Positions 28,977 through 37,100 of a stretch of DNA of 64,000 nucleotides are shown piece after piece. Below the pieces are notes generated by a model. It was not told the DNA's origin, searched no databases, and saw only the letters and a program-made list of their open reading frames with translations. Source of the DNA: Kiritimatiellia bacterium (GTDB lineage: Bacteria > Verrucomicrobiota > Kiritimatiellia > RFP12 > JAAYLN01); contig JAZUMF010000028.1 of the NCBI GenBank assembly GCA_045603485.1, forward strand, positions 6,652 through 70,651. Reading direction: 5' to 3'. The position numbers were made by a program, and so were the translations under genes. Numbering within the stretch: the first letter of the stretch is position 1; each line of letters starts with the position of its first letter.

Positions 28977-30359
28977 TTGAAGATCGCAGTTCTTTCAGAT
29001 TTACACTTGTCTGATGGGCTTGATGAATCCCATTTGAATGTTTTGAGAGAGGCCCTAAAAATCTGTCGTGAAAATAACGCCGATGTTGTTGCTTGTGCAG
29101 GCGATATGGTCAAGGCAGGGGCTTGTGCGGCCGCTTCGTTTTTAATTGAAAGCCTCAAGAAATTGCCGCTGCCGGTCGTAGTGACAAAAGGCAATACTGA
29201 AGATGGTATTGACGGTATCGACGAATTGATTAAAGATCTTCGGTTATACATTTCTCAAGAGGTGGAGGTCTTAACAACCGAAGCAGAACCTCCTCCCGAT
29301 AGCAAGTCAAAATTTCGTATTCTTGTAGGTCATTACCCCATGCGCACGCTGCCGTGCAATGTAGATCTTCAGATAGCAGGGCATCTGCATCGCGACAGTA
29401 GCAATGGTAAAATTGAAATTGTGCGCGGACTAGATCCTGACAAGGTTATCGGGGGACCGCCGGCCGTTGCATTCTTTGAGATTGAGAACGGCAGGTACAA
29501 TCGTAAAGATGTCTCATTAAAGGGCTTTACTGTCGCCGAATGGAGTAAGTCTGAACGAATGTCATTATTCAGACAGATTGGCGTTGCCATCAAGGTCGAT
29601 CCTGTAGAAGAACTCAACCGCGCGGTCGAGCTTAATATGCCCGCGGTCGAGGTCCTCTACAATCTGCTGAAAAATGAGAAATGCCCTTCGGCAATAGCGA
29701 ATTATTTAAGAGAGACAAAAGGTGTCCTCTCAATACATTTGCCAGACATCTCATTTGAAAAACCCGACGCAGTGTTAGAGTATATAAAAAAAGCTGTTGA
29801 TCTAGGTGCAAAGCAGTTTACACTTCATGTGCCGAAGGTTTCAATCCAAAAAATGGCAAAACCTGAAAACTTTGACCAGATATGTGATTTTTATTGTCAT
29901 GCAATTAGTGCTGCCCCCGATGCGGTTTTTGGAATTGAGAATATGCATATGGTCAGCGGAGAGAGCGAATTCGACAGACGCTTCGGATATACTCCAGATG
30001 AACAGATGTCGATAATAAGAAAACTTCGCCATCTCATTCCAAATAGAAGAATCGGTGCGGTATTAGATATCGGTCATGCCCGAAACAATGGTGTTTTTTA
30101 TCAGCAGTATTCTTTAAGTCACTGGTATGAGGCATTGCGCGGAGAAATTGCGGCAATGCATCTGCATCAAGTCAGGCAGAGTCCTGACGGTCTTCATAAC
30201 CACACGCCAATTACCGGCTGGTACGAAAGTTTAATATCGCTTGCGTCGTTTATCAGCGAGTGGAAAAATGGCACATTCAAAGATGCGCTATTATTTGTAG
30301 AGTGCCGTGGAGGATGGGAAAGTAGTTACAGCCTATTCAAAAATGAGTTGCTTGTATAA
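28977..30359 (+). CDS. fusion protein: calcineurin-like metallophosphoesterase (N) plus xylose-isomerase-like TIM-barrel domain (C)
   Basis: TTG start at 28977 (in-frame stop 3 nt upstream; GAGGG RBS). N-terminal VLSDLHL, GDMV and GHLH metallophosphoesterase motifs. C-terminal IENMH and LDIGHA match the sugar-phosphate isomerase/epimerase (AP endonuclease family 2) fold. Confidence 0.6.
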   Translation: MKIAVLSDLHLSDGLDESHLNVLREALKICRENNADVVACAGDMVKAGACAAASFLIESLKKLPLPVVVTKGNTEDGIDGIDELIKDLRLYISQEVEVLTTEAEPPPDSKSKFRILVGHYPMRTLPCNVDLQIAGHLHRDSSNGKIEIVRGLDPDKVIGGPPAVAFFEIENGRYNRKDVSLKGFTVAEWSKSERMSLFRQIGVAIKVDPVEELNRAVELNMPAVEVLYNLLKNEKCPSAIANYLRETKGVLSIHLPDISFEKPDAVLEYIKKAVDLGAKQFTLHVPKVSIQKMAKPENFDQICDFYCHAISAAPDAVFGIENMHMVSGESEFDRRFGYTPDEQMSIIRKLRHLIPNRRIGAVLDIGHARNNGVFYQQYSLSHWYEALRGEIAAMHLHQVRQSPDGLHNHTPITGWYESLISLASFISEWKNGTFKDALLFVECRGGWESSYSLFKNELLV

Positions 30360-30376
30360 CTCAGCGCGGAGAAATT

Positions 30377-31150
30377 ATGAGCCAAGTAAAAATAGAAGAG
30401 CTAATTGCGAGCGAAGGATACACAGTCACCAAAGATTCCTTTTATGGTTTTGAGCGACTGCGTTTCAACTTTCAAGGGTACAATGCCTGGATAGTACTCC
30501 CAAGTGATTATACAAACGAGTCAAGACCATGGACATGGACCATGCAGTGGGCAGAGTCATTTGTTCCAAGAACACCAGCATTGCATCTATTACGACAAGG
30601 CTGGCATCATGTGACAATTGACACCTTCAATCACCGTATGGACGAGCAAGGGATTAAAGTCAGTCAAGCATATTATAATTTCTTAACCTCAAGACTATCC
30701 TTTAATAAGCGAGCTTGTCTAATCGGAATGAGCTGGGGAGGCTTCTTCTCAACGCGATTTGCAATTGCCAACCCAAAGGCGGTTGCGGCAATATACTATG
30801 ATTGCCCACTCTTAACCTTTGAAAATTTTCAAGAAGGTACACGAAAGACAATCCTTGAAGCTATCGGACCATGGGCAGAAACTGCCTCGGAAAGCTGGCT
30901 CGATGACCCGAGAATGCCATTAAATATGGCAGAGTCACTTGCCAAAACAGAAATTCCGATATATCTAGTCTATGGCGGAGCTGATAGAGTAGTGCCCCCT
31001 GAAAATAACTGCGAAGCATTCATTCCAAGATACCAGGCCGCTGGCGGTAATCCCATTGTCTGCAAACGCAATCTCTTCGGGCATCATCCTCATGGTTTGG
31101 AAGAAAGCGACCAGTCTATCGCCAACTTCTTCATCCAAAGCATCCAATAG
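30377..31150 (+). CDS. alpha/beta-fold hydrolase (esterase/peptidase-like)
   Basis: GMSWGG nucleophile elbow; dienelactone-hydrolase-like C-terminus (GGADRVVP ... GHHPH). Confidence 0.55.
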   Translation: MSQVKIEELIASEGYTVTKDSFYGFERLRFNFQGYNAWIVLPSDYTNESRPWTWTMQWAESFVPRTPALHLLRQGWHHVTIDTFNHRMDEQGIKVSQAYYNFLTSRLSFNKRACLIGMSWGGFFSTRFAIANPKAVAAIYYDCPLLTFENFQEGTRKTILEAIGPWAETASESWLDDPRMPLNMAESLAKTEIPIYLVYGGADRVVPPENNCEAFIPRYQAAGGNPIVCKRNLFGHHPHGLEESDQSIANFFIQSIQ

Positions 31151-31190
31151 TGCAGTTCAAGAGCAACCGAGAAACTGCTATCAGCTTTTT

Positions 31191-31379
31191 TAAGTGTCAG
31201 ACTATTACACTTGACATTTCACTCACACCTTACTATACTCAATCGAAAAATTTAACTTCATGCTAAGAATTATCCAGAACTATAATCTCAAAGACTTATA
31301 AGTGTCAGGCTATTTCACTTGACATCCCGCCACGAGCTTACTATATTGAGCCCAAAATTAAACTTCATGCTAAGAATTA
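31191..31379 (+). repeat. tandem pair of ~82-nt repeats, each with a hairpin (AAGTG..CACTT) and TTGACA-N17-TATAyT hexamers
   Basis: Copy 1 is 31191-31272, copy 2 is 31299-31379 (about 80% identical). ttgaca sits at 31211 and 31319; tatact at 31234 and tatatt at 31342. Confidence 0.6.
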
Positions 31380-31623
31380 ACTCAATCTAGAATCTCATTT
31401 CATAAAACAACATCAAATATTCTTAAACTGCAAAGCTAATACATCATCGCTGACCACGCTAATATTGGAAGTTGGGATTGGATACTGGCAAAAGTGGTAC
31501 AATTTTGCGACTGTAGTCGCATCCATAGCCTTAAAAAAGGTCTTTGGTGAGATTTTTGGATACACTCCCCCATTCGGGGCGGTAGGCTCCGTTACGAGTA
31601 ATGCAGATTGTCTGGATTTTTTC

Positions 31624-32607
31624 TTAGCCTTGGAATGAAACTGGGGATTTTTGGAGGTCTCTTGCTGAATAGAGCTTTATGCCATCCCAGTTTTTACATA
31701 GACCTATGCCACGCGCGCCTGATTTGCGACCTATGCTGAAGGCATATTTGTGTTTTGCCACCTGTTCATCAACAAAATCTTTTGAACCGAAGATTGCTCC
31801 ATAGGTGAAGTGGCGTACTTTGCAGCGTAAGAGGATTTGCAGTGGCAACTCGCCCTTTTTATCGATTATCTCTTGTATCTTTTCGGCCGGGAATACATCT
31901 GTGCCGCTTAAGTAGAGCTTTTGGCGGTAGGTTTCTATGTGTTTTTTGAAGTCTGAGACTTTGGCGTCTGGATTGTAGATGCGCGCTATGCCGTGCATTG
32001 CATTGGAGTTGCCTCGTAAGGCTGAGGCGTAGCCTGACCATTTGTAGTCTTTTGGGTCGTCTACTATGCCTGCACGGACGGGATTTAAATCAATGTAGGC
32101 TGATACGGTTGAAAGGGTATGGGCTGTGCCTTCTAGGAGAGTGCTATAGAAGCGTCCATCCCACATGGAGCCTGTATTGGGATTGTGGGCGTGATACCAG
32201 ATTGAGAAGCGTTGCTTGAGGTTTTGTATAAATGGAGTGATATCGCCCATGCGCCGTTTGAGCATCATTTGCTCTTCTTCAAGTCGTTTCAAGTGATTGC
32301 CGTGGCGGTACATTATCCATCTGTCTTTGAGGGACTGCGCCTGATCTGCTCCATAAAGGGTCTTTACGCGATAGATCAGCATTTCTTCAGTAATCTCGGT
32401 CGGTATTGGAACATGGGCAAGGATATGGAAATGGTTGTCCATTACGCAATAGTTGAGTAGCTCTATGCCGCTGAAGATTGCTATACGGCGAAGCATGTCG
32501 ACAAAGACCGACTTGCCCTCTGGGCTCAATAGAAACTGCTGTAGGGCGCAGCGGCTTACGATGTGGTAATAACCTTCTCCGTCATTTTTGATTCGTGGCT
32601 TACGCAT
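31624..32607 (-). CDS. Y1 HuH transposase (IS200-like/RayT-like) with C-terminal extension
   Basis: YHIVSRC ... MDNHFHILAHVP (HuH motif) and downstream tyrosines; true ATG at 32607 with AGGAG RBS. The 100-aa N-terminal extension in the ORF track is antisense translation of the tRNA genes. Confidence 0.7.
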   Translation of the reverse strand: MRKPRIKNDGEGYYHIVSRCALQQFLLSPEGKSVFVDMLRRIAIFSGIELLNYCVMDNHFHILAHVPIPTEITEEMLIYRVKTLYGADQAQSLKDRWIMYRHGNHLKRLEEEQMMLKRRMGDITPFIQNLKQRFSIWYHAHNPNTGSMWDGRFYSTLLEGTAHTLSTVSAYIDLNPVRAGIVDDPKDYKWSGYASALRGNSNAMHGIARIYNPDAKVSDFKKHIETYRQKLYLSGTDVFPAEKIQEIIDKKGELPLQILLRCKVRHFTYGAIFGSKDFVDEQVAKHKYAFSIGRKSGARGIGLCKNWDGIKLYSARDLQKSPVSFQG

Positions 32608-32663
32608 AATTGACTCCTTGTTTTTGGGTTGTGTAATAATAAGTATATTGGATATAGAGAATA

Positions 32664-32686
32664 ATGTCAAGTTTAACAGTCTGACA
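32664..32686 (-). repeat. copy of the hairpin/promoter repeat core (ATGTCAAGTTTAACAGTCTGACA)
   Basis: 20 of 22 nt match the reverse complement of the 31196-31217 core. Confidence 0.5.
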
Positions 32687-32708
32687 CCGCTGAGCAGGAT
32701 AATTTTTC

Positions 32709-32738
32709 TTGACATAATGCACTTATATGGAGTATGAT
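32709..32738 (+). promoter_or_regulatory. sigma70-like promoter (TTGACA-N18-TATGAT) for the tRNA cluster
   Basis: ttgaca at 32709-32714 and tatgat at 32733-32738, about 27 nt upstream of tRNA-Pro. Confidence 0.4.
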
Positions 32739-32765
32739 AGAAGTACGATTTCCTAAAAGGGGAAG

Positions 32766-32842
32766 CGGGGAGTAGCGCAGTCTGGTAGCGCGTTTGGTTC
32801 GGGACCAAAAGGTCAGGGGTCCGAATCCCCTCTCCCCGACCA
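32766..32842 (+). tRNA. tRNA-Pro (anticodon CGG)
   Basis: Manual cloverleaf fold: acceptor CGGGGAG/CTCCCCG, D-arm GCGC..GCGC, anticodon stem TTTGG/CCAAA with loop TTCGGGA, T-arm AGGGG/CCCCT, 3' CCA encoded; 77 nt. Confidence 0.9.
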
Positions 32843-32864
32843 TGTTGGAATGAAGTAACCCCGT

Positions 32865-32941
32865 CGGGGCGTAGCGCAGCCTGGTAGCGCGTTTGCTTGG
32901 GGTGCAAAAGGTCTCGGGTTCAAATCCCGACGCCCCGACCA
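32865..32941 (+). tRNA. tRNA-Pro (anticodon GGG)
   Basis: Acceptor CGGGGCG/CGCCCCG, anticodon stem TTTGC/GCAAA with loop TTGGGGT, T-loop TTCAAAT, CCA encoded; 77 nt. Confidence 0.9.
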
Positions 32942-32965
32942 TCTTCTTCCTTTCTTGTTTTGTTT

Positions 32966-33041
32966 GCCAACTTAGCTCAGCTGGTAGAGCAGCGCATTCG
33001 TAATGCGCAGGTCATGGGTTCGATCCCCTTAGTTGGCTCCA
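32966..33041 (+). tRNA. tRNA-Thr (anticodon CGT)
   Basis: Acceptor GCCAACT/AGTTGGC, D-arm GCTC..GAGC, anticodon stem GCGCA/TGCGC with loop TTCGTAA, T-loop TTCGATC, CCA encoded; 76 nt. Confidence 0.9.
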
Positions 33042-33050
33042 TATTATGTA

Positions 33051-33079
33051 GCCACAGACATTTGTTTTGTGGCTTTTTT
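33051..33079 (+). terminator. rho-independent terminator after the tRNA cluster
   Basis: GCCACA-(11 nt)-TGTGGC hairpin followed by TTTTTT. Confidence 0.6.
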
Positions 33080-33100
33080 GCAACAAAGAGGAGAGTTGCT

Positions 33101-33673
33101 ATGAGAATGGTGAAAGACAAGGAAATTTTGGTAGGAGCCGATTTTGCGGGATTCCCTTTGAAGGAGGTTGTTGTAGCTCACCTTGAGAAAAAAGGGTGGA
33201 AGGTTACTGATATTGGTGTCCGTAAGGACTCTGATCCTAATGATACCGATTTAATGTTTCATCGTGTTGGTCTTAGGGCTGGCGCTATGATTTCAGAGGG
33301 TGAATTCGAAAGAGCATTGCTTTTTTGCGGCACAGGAATGGGTATCCATATTGCTGCAAGTAAATGTCCTCATGTCCATGCAGGCGTTGTTGAAAGCGTT
33401 CCCGCCGCTCTTCGTGCAATTACCGGCAACGGTGTCAATGTTTTAGCTATGGGGGCTTTTTATGTTGCTCCTGCAATGGGTTGTGATATAGCGGATGCCT
33501 ATCTTAATGCAGAGCTTGGTTCTGGGTATGAATGGTGGAAAAATTTTTACGAATTCCACAAACTTGCCATTGATGAGCTTGAGGCATTTGACTATGAAGA
33601 ATTCAAGAGGAATGGTTTTAAGGTAAATAAGCTTGGTGATTTCCCGCTTAAACTTGAAACAAAAGATTCCTAA
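33101..33673 (+). CDS. rpiB: RpiB/LacA/LacB-family sugar-phosphate isomerase (putative ribose-5-phosphate isomerase B)
   Basis: ILVGADFAGFPLKE ... LLFCGTGMGIHIAASK ... ANVLAMGA is colinear with RpiB; ATG at 33101 with AGAGGAGAG RBS. The upstream part of the track ORF overlaps tRNA-Thr and is rejected. Confidence 0.6.
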   Translation: MRMVKDKEILVGADFAGFPLKEVVVAHLEKKGWKVTDIGVRKDSDPNDTDLMFHRVGLRAGAMISEGEFERALLFCGTGMGIHIAASKCPHVHAGVVESVPAALRAITGNGVNVLAMGAFYVAPAMGCDIADAYLNAELGSGYEWWKNFYEFHKLAIDELEAFDYEEFKRNGFKVNKLGDFPLKLETKDS

Positions 33674-33815
33674 TAATACCCGAATAATCAGATAGAGCAT
33701 GTTTTGCTGATTAGTTGAATCGCTTTGTTATTGTTTTGGCGAAATTTCAACTATACATTGCAACAATAACAGTCTGATGGCTAAAATCTGATACATTATA
33801 CCCTACGCAGTTGAT

Positions 33816-33837
33816 ATGTCAAGTGTAATAGTCTGAC
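33816..33837 (-). repeat. dispersed copy of the hairpin/promoter repeat core
   Basis: Exact 22/22 reverse-complement match to 31196-31217; minus-strand TTGACA-N16-TATAAT follows. Confidence 0.5.
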
Positions 33838-34189
33838 CCCTGAAGGTTAATGATTGTGGTGGATGGTGGCGGACGGAGCCACCACCGCAGAACTCTTAGA
33901 GAGAAACTGAAAAGGCCTGTCCCCTTAAAAGGTTACACAGCGTCATTTGCGACATCAAATGATGTTTTGTGTTTTTATATAAAAAAATATTAAACCTTCG
34001 TAAAATGTTGCAATGTAATAATGTATGTATAAATTTTATGGGGGGGGTGATTTCAAAGCAAAAAATTTGACAATCTTTTTTATAAAGTATAAATTATTAA
34101 CATTAGGTTAAATAAAAGACTTTCTCGGAATGCGTGTTCCAGGTTTTTTATGTAAACTTGGTTTTACCCACACTTTTTAAGGAAGAAAC

Positions 34190-37100
34190 ATGTTTTTAAG
34201 AAGTTTTGCAGTTTTTAGTTTTTTTGCAGTAATTTTTTCTGCAAGTGCGGCGCAGATTTATGTTGTAAATGGTAATGCAGATGCGGCGGAACCTTATGAT
34301 TCTAAGGATAATGCTGCTGCCAGTGTCCAAACTGCAATTAACTATGCGGCGGCGGGGGATGAGATTATCATTGCGGCTTCGGGCGACGCTTATGGTTCAT
34401 TTACTATAAATAAGGGTGTTACGGTCCGCGGCGAATCGGGGAATTTTCATGATGTCCTTGTGGTGGGGACTGATAGTGCAGCAAATACTGTGACCATCAG
34501 CAGTTCGGCGGCGGTTCTTTCCAGTATTACTGTAAAGGGCGGATTGCGGTGCATTTACAATAGCGGTGGCGGCATAGTCACAAATTGTTATGCGACCGGT
34601 GGTAATCCTGCTGTTAAGCAGAATGGAAGCGGTCACGGAATATACAACAACAACGGAAAGGTGTTGGATTCTGTAATTGATGGTTGTCGCTCTTCTGACC
34701 ACTTTGCGGGAATCGGTTATTATCAAACGGGGGCAAATGCACTTGGTGATCGTTTGACTATTACAAACAATTATGCCAATCAGACTTTTGGCAATTGGTC
34801 TGGTGAGAATAAGAATACGGACTTTGGCGCTCCCGGTGCGGCAATTATGGGCGGAATTCTCCGTAATTCAATTATCGCAAGGAACCTCCCGAAGGCAATA
34901 TCTAATATGGGCAGCTGGTATATTTCAACGGGTGTATACGCAAAGAATGCGCGCGTTATAAATTGTACAATTTATGGTAATACTTCGCCTACTACAACAT
35001 CAAGGGCTTTTGCGGCATTGACGGGAACGGGTGGCAGATTTGAAAACTGCATTATTGACAACAATTTATGCGGTACTGCCGTGGCGAATTGGGGATTTAC
35101 CTCCGCAGATTTTATAAATTGCGCAACAGCACCTGTTGCCGGACTTGGCGTTGGAAATATAAATATCGCTGATGCCGGATGGTCTTTTTCCTCTTCGGAG
35201 AGGGTTTTGAAGGCAGAGGACGGGAGTACTCTTATTGATGCAGGTTTGAATTCTTCAACGGTTGAGGATGTCGGACTTGTCGACTATTATGGAAATCCCC
35301 GCACAGTCAATTCTATTGTTGATATCGGTCATGAGGAGTGCCAACCGGGAATTATTTCAGCAAGATATACATCTACTGAGGGGTTTGTCGGCTTTGCTCC
35401 ACTTTCAACTACGCTAAAGGCTTTTACTTCGGGTAAGACTGAGGGGGTTGTTTACTATTGGGATTTGGACGGCGATGAGTCGGCAGATATTTACGGCAGC
35501 GATAAATCGGTAATAGATTATGTTTTTAATGAAGCCAAGGATGTCAGTGTGACATTGTATGTTACCAACTCGGTCGGAAATTCGGCTAAGATGAAGCAGA
35601 TATTCAGTATTAAAACGATGCTTCAATATGTCGATTCGGCATCTTCCAATCCCCAGCCGCCATACGCTACACCCGAGACGGCGGCAACGACTTTGCAGGA
35701 GGCTATTGATACGGCTGTTGAAGGTGGAACGATTATAATCAGGAAGGGGTCGGTTTTAAAGTATACTGTTCCTATCAATATTAACAAGAAACTTACAATT
35801 GTCGGTGAGACCGGCGATTTTAACGATTGCATTATCGATACTTCGGGGTCGCATCGTATCTTGAATATATTGCATCCTGAGGCTGTATTGTCATCAGTAA
35901 CTGTCAGAAACGGTAATTACAATAATGATAGTCAATGCGGAGCGGGTATTACAATACACGATGGCGGCACGGTGACGAATTGCCGGATTACGGCCTGTAT
36001 CGGATATGGTGCGGGAACGGGAGTTTATAACAATAACGGTCATATTGTCGATTGTGTTATTGACAATATAAAGATGCACGATACATCAAATGGCAACAGT
36101 CAGAATTACAATTATAAGGGATTGGGCATTTGGCAATCGGGGGTAAATGCGATTACCGAGCGTTGCATTATCACTAATTGCTATTCTCCTGTTTTATTTG
36201 CATGGAAGGACAATCATGCAGGAGGTGCCGTTTATCTTACAGGCGGCACTATCCGCAATTGTTATATTGCAAATAACTTTGCCGGTAAGATGGTTGGAAA
36301 TACAGCTTCTGCGCGCCTGACAACGGGTGTCTACGCTTCGGGCTCTTCGATTGTCGATAATTGCACAATTTTGAATAACACTACAGAGGGGAGTACCCGC
36401 AATTTGGCATACGGCTTGAATTTGGTCGGCGCGGCAATAGCAAGGAATTGCATTGTCTTGGAGAATGGTGACGGCTTTGCCGAGACGAACAATTGGATTG
36501 GTGCCGTCGGAGCCTTTACAAATATGCTTTCGACTTCTGTGGAGGAGATTTCAGGCGGAGTCGAAGCTAACGCTCGTTCATATATAATTGACCCGATATC
36601 AAAGATTGCCGTTTGCCCTGTGGAGTCTGGCGCGGTTGGCGCGGGTTTGGCGTTGGATTGGATGAGCGGTGATATCGATTTGTTTGACAACAGGCGCATC
36701 AGCGGTTCTTTGCCCGATATCGGCTGTGTGGAGTCTGACAAGTTGGGCGTATACTGTTCTTTCAGCGCAGATAAGGTGAAGGGGCTTGACGCTTTTACTT
36801 CAACATTTACACCGAATGTTGCAGGTGAAGGCGTGACAGCTTCTTTGACTTACTGTTGGGATTTTGGCGATGGCACCGAGGTTGTGTCAAGAACGACCCG
36901 GGACCCTGTCGAGCATACTTTTGCGTATCCTGATACCGACTACGGCGAGAAAATTGTTACGCTCACAGTTCGCAACAGTCAGGGCGATGCTGTAGCGTCT
37001 TTTTCTGACTTGATTACGCTGGCTCCAACCCGCGTTTATGCCGCTAACGGGAACAGCAACGCCAAGTATCCATACGCAACTCCAGAAACGGCTGCTCCGA

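Larger units (their letters stand above)
31624..32686 (-). mobile_element. putative IS200/REPtron-like unit: Y1 transposase plus upstream hairpin/promoter module
   Basis: Repeat copy at 32664-32686 provides a minus-strand TTGACA (32665-32670), 17-nt spacer and TATACT (32642-32647) ahead of the transposase ATG. Inverted-orientation tandem copies lie 3' of the gene at 31191-31379. Confidence 0.4.

Noticed and set aside
32608-32907. N-terminal 100 aa of the 427-aa minus-strand ORF (GIRTPDL, GFEPETF peptides)
   Set aside because: This is antisense translation of the three tRNA genes; the transposase begins at the ATG at 32607 with an AGGAG RBS.
32897-33100. Upstream part of ORF 32897-33673
   Set aside because: It overlaps tRNA-Thr and its terminator; the RpiB-like CDS starts at the ATG at 33101 with a good RBS.
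33852-33890. GC-rich hairpin GTGGTGG...CCACCAC in the rpiB downstream spacer
   Set aside because: It has no flanking T-run on either strand and is not repeated elsewhere in the window, so function is unclear; I noted it only as a possible structure.
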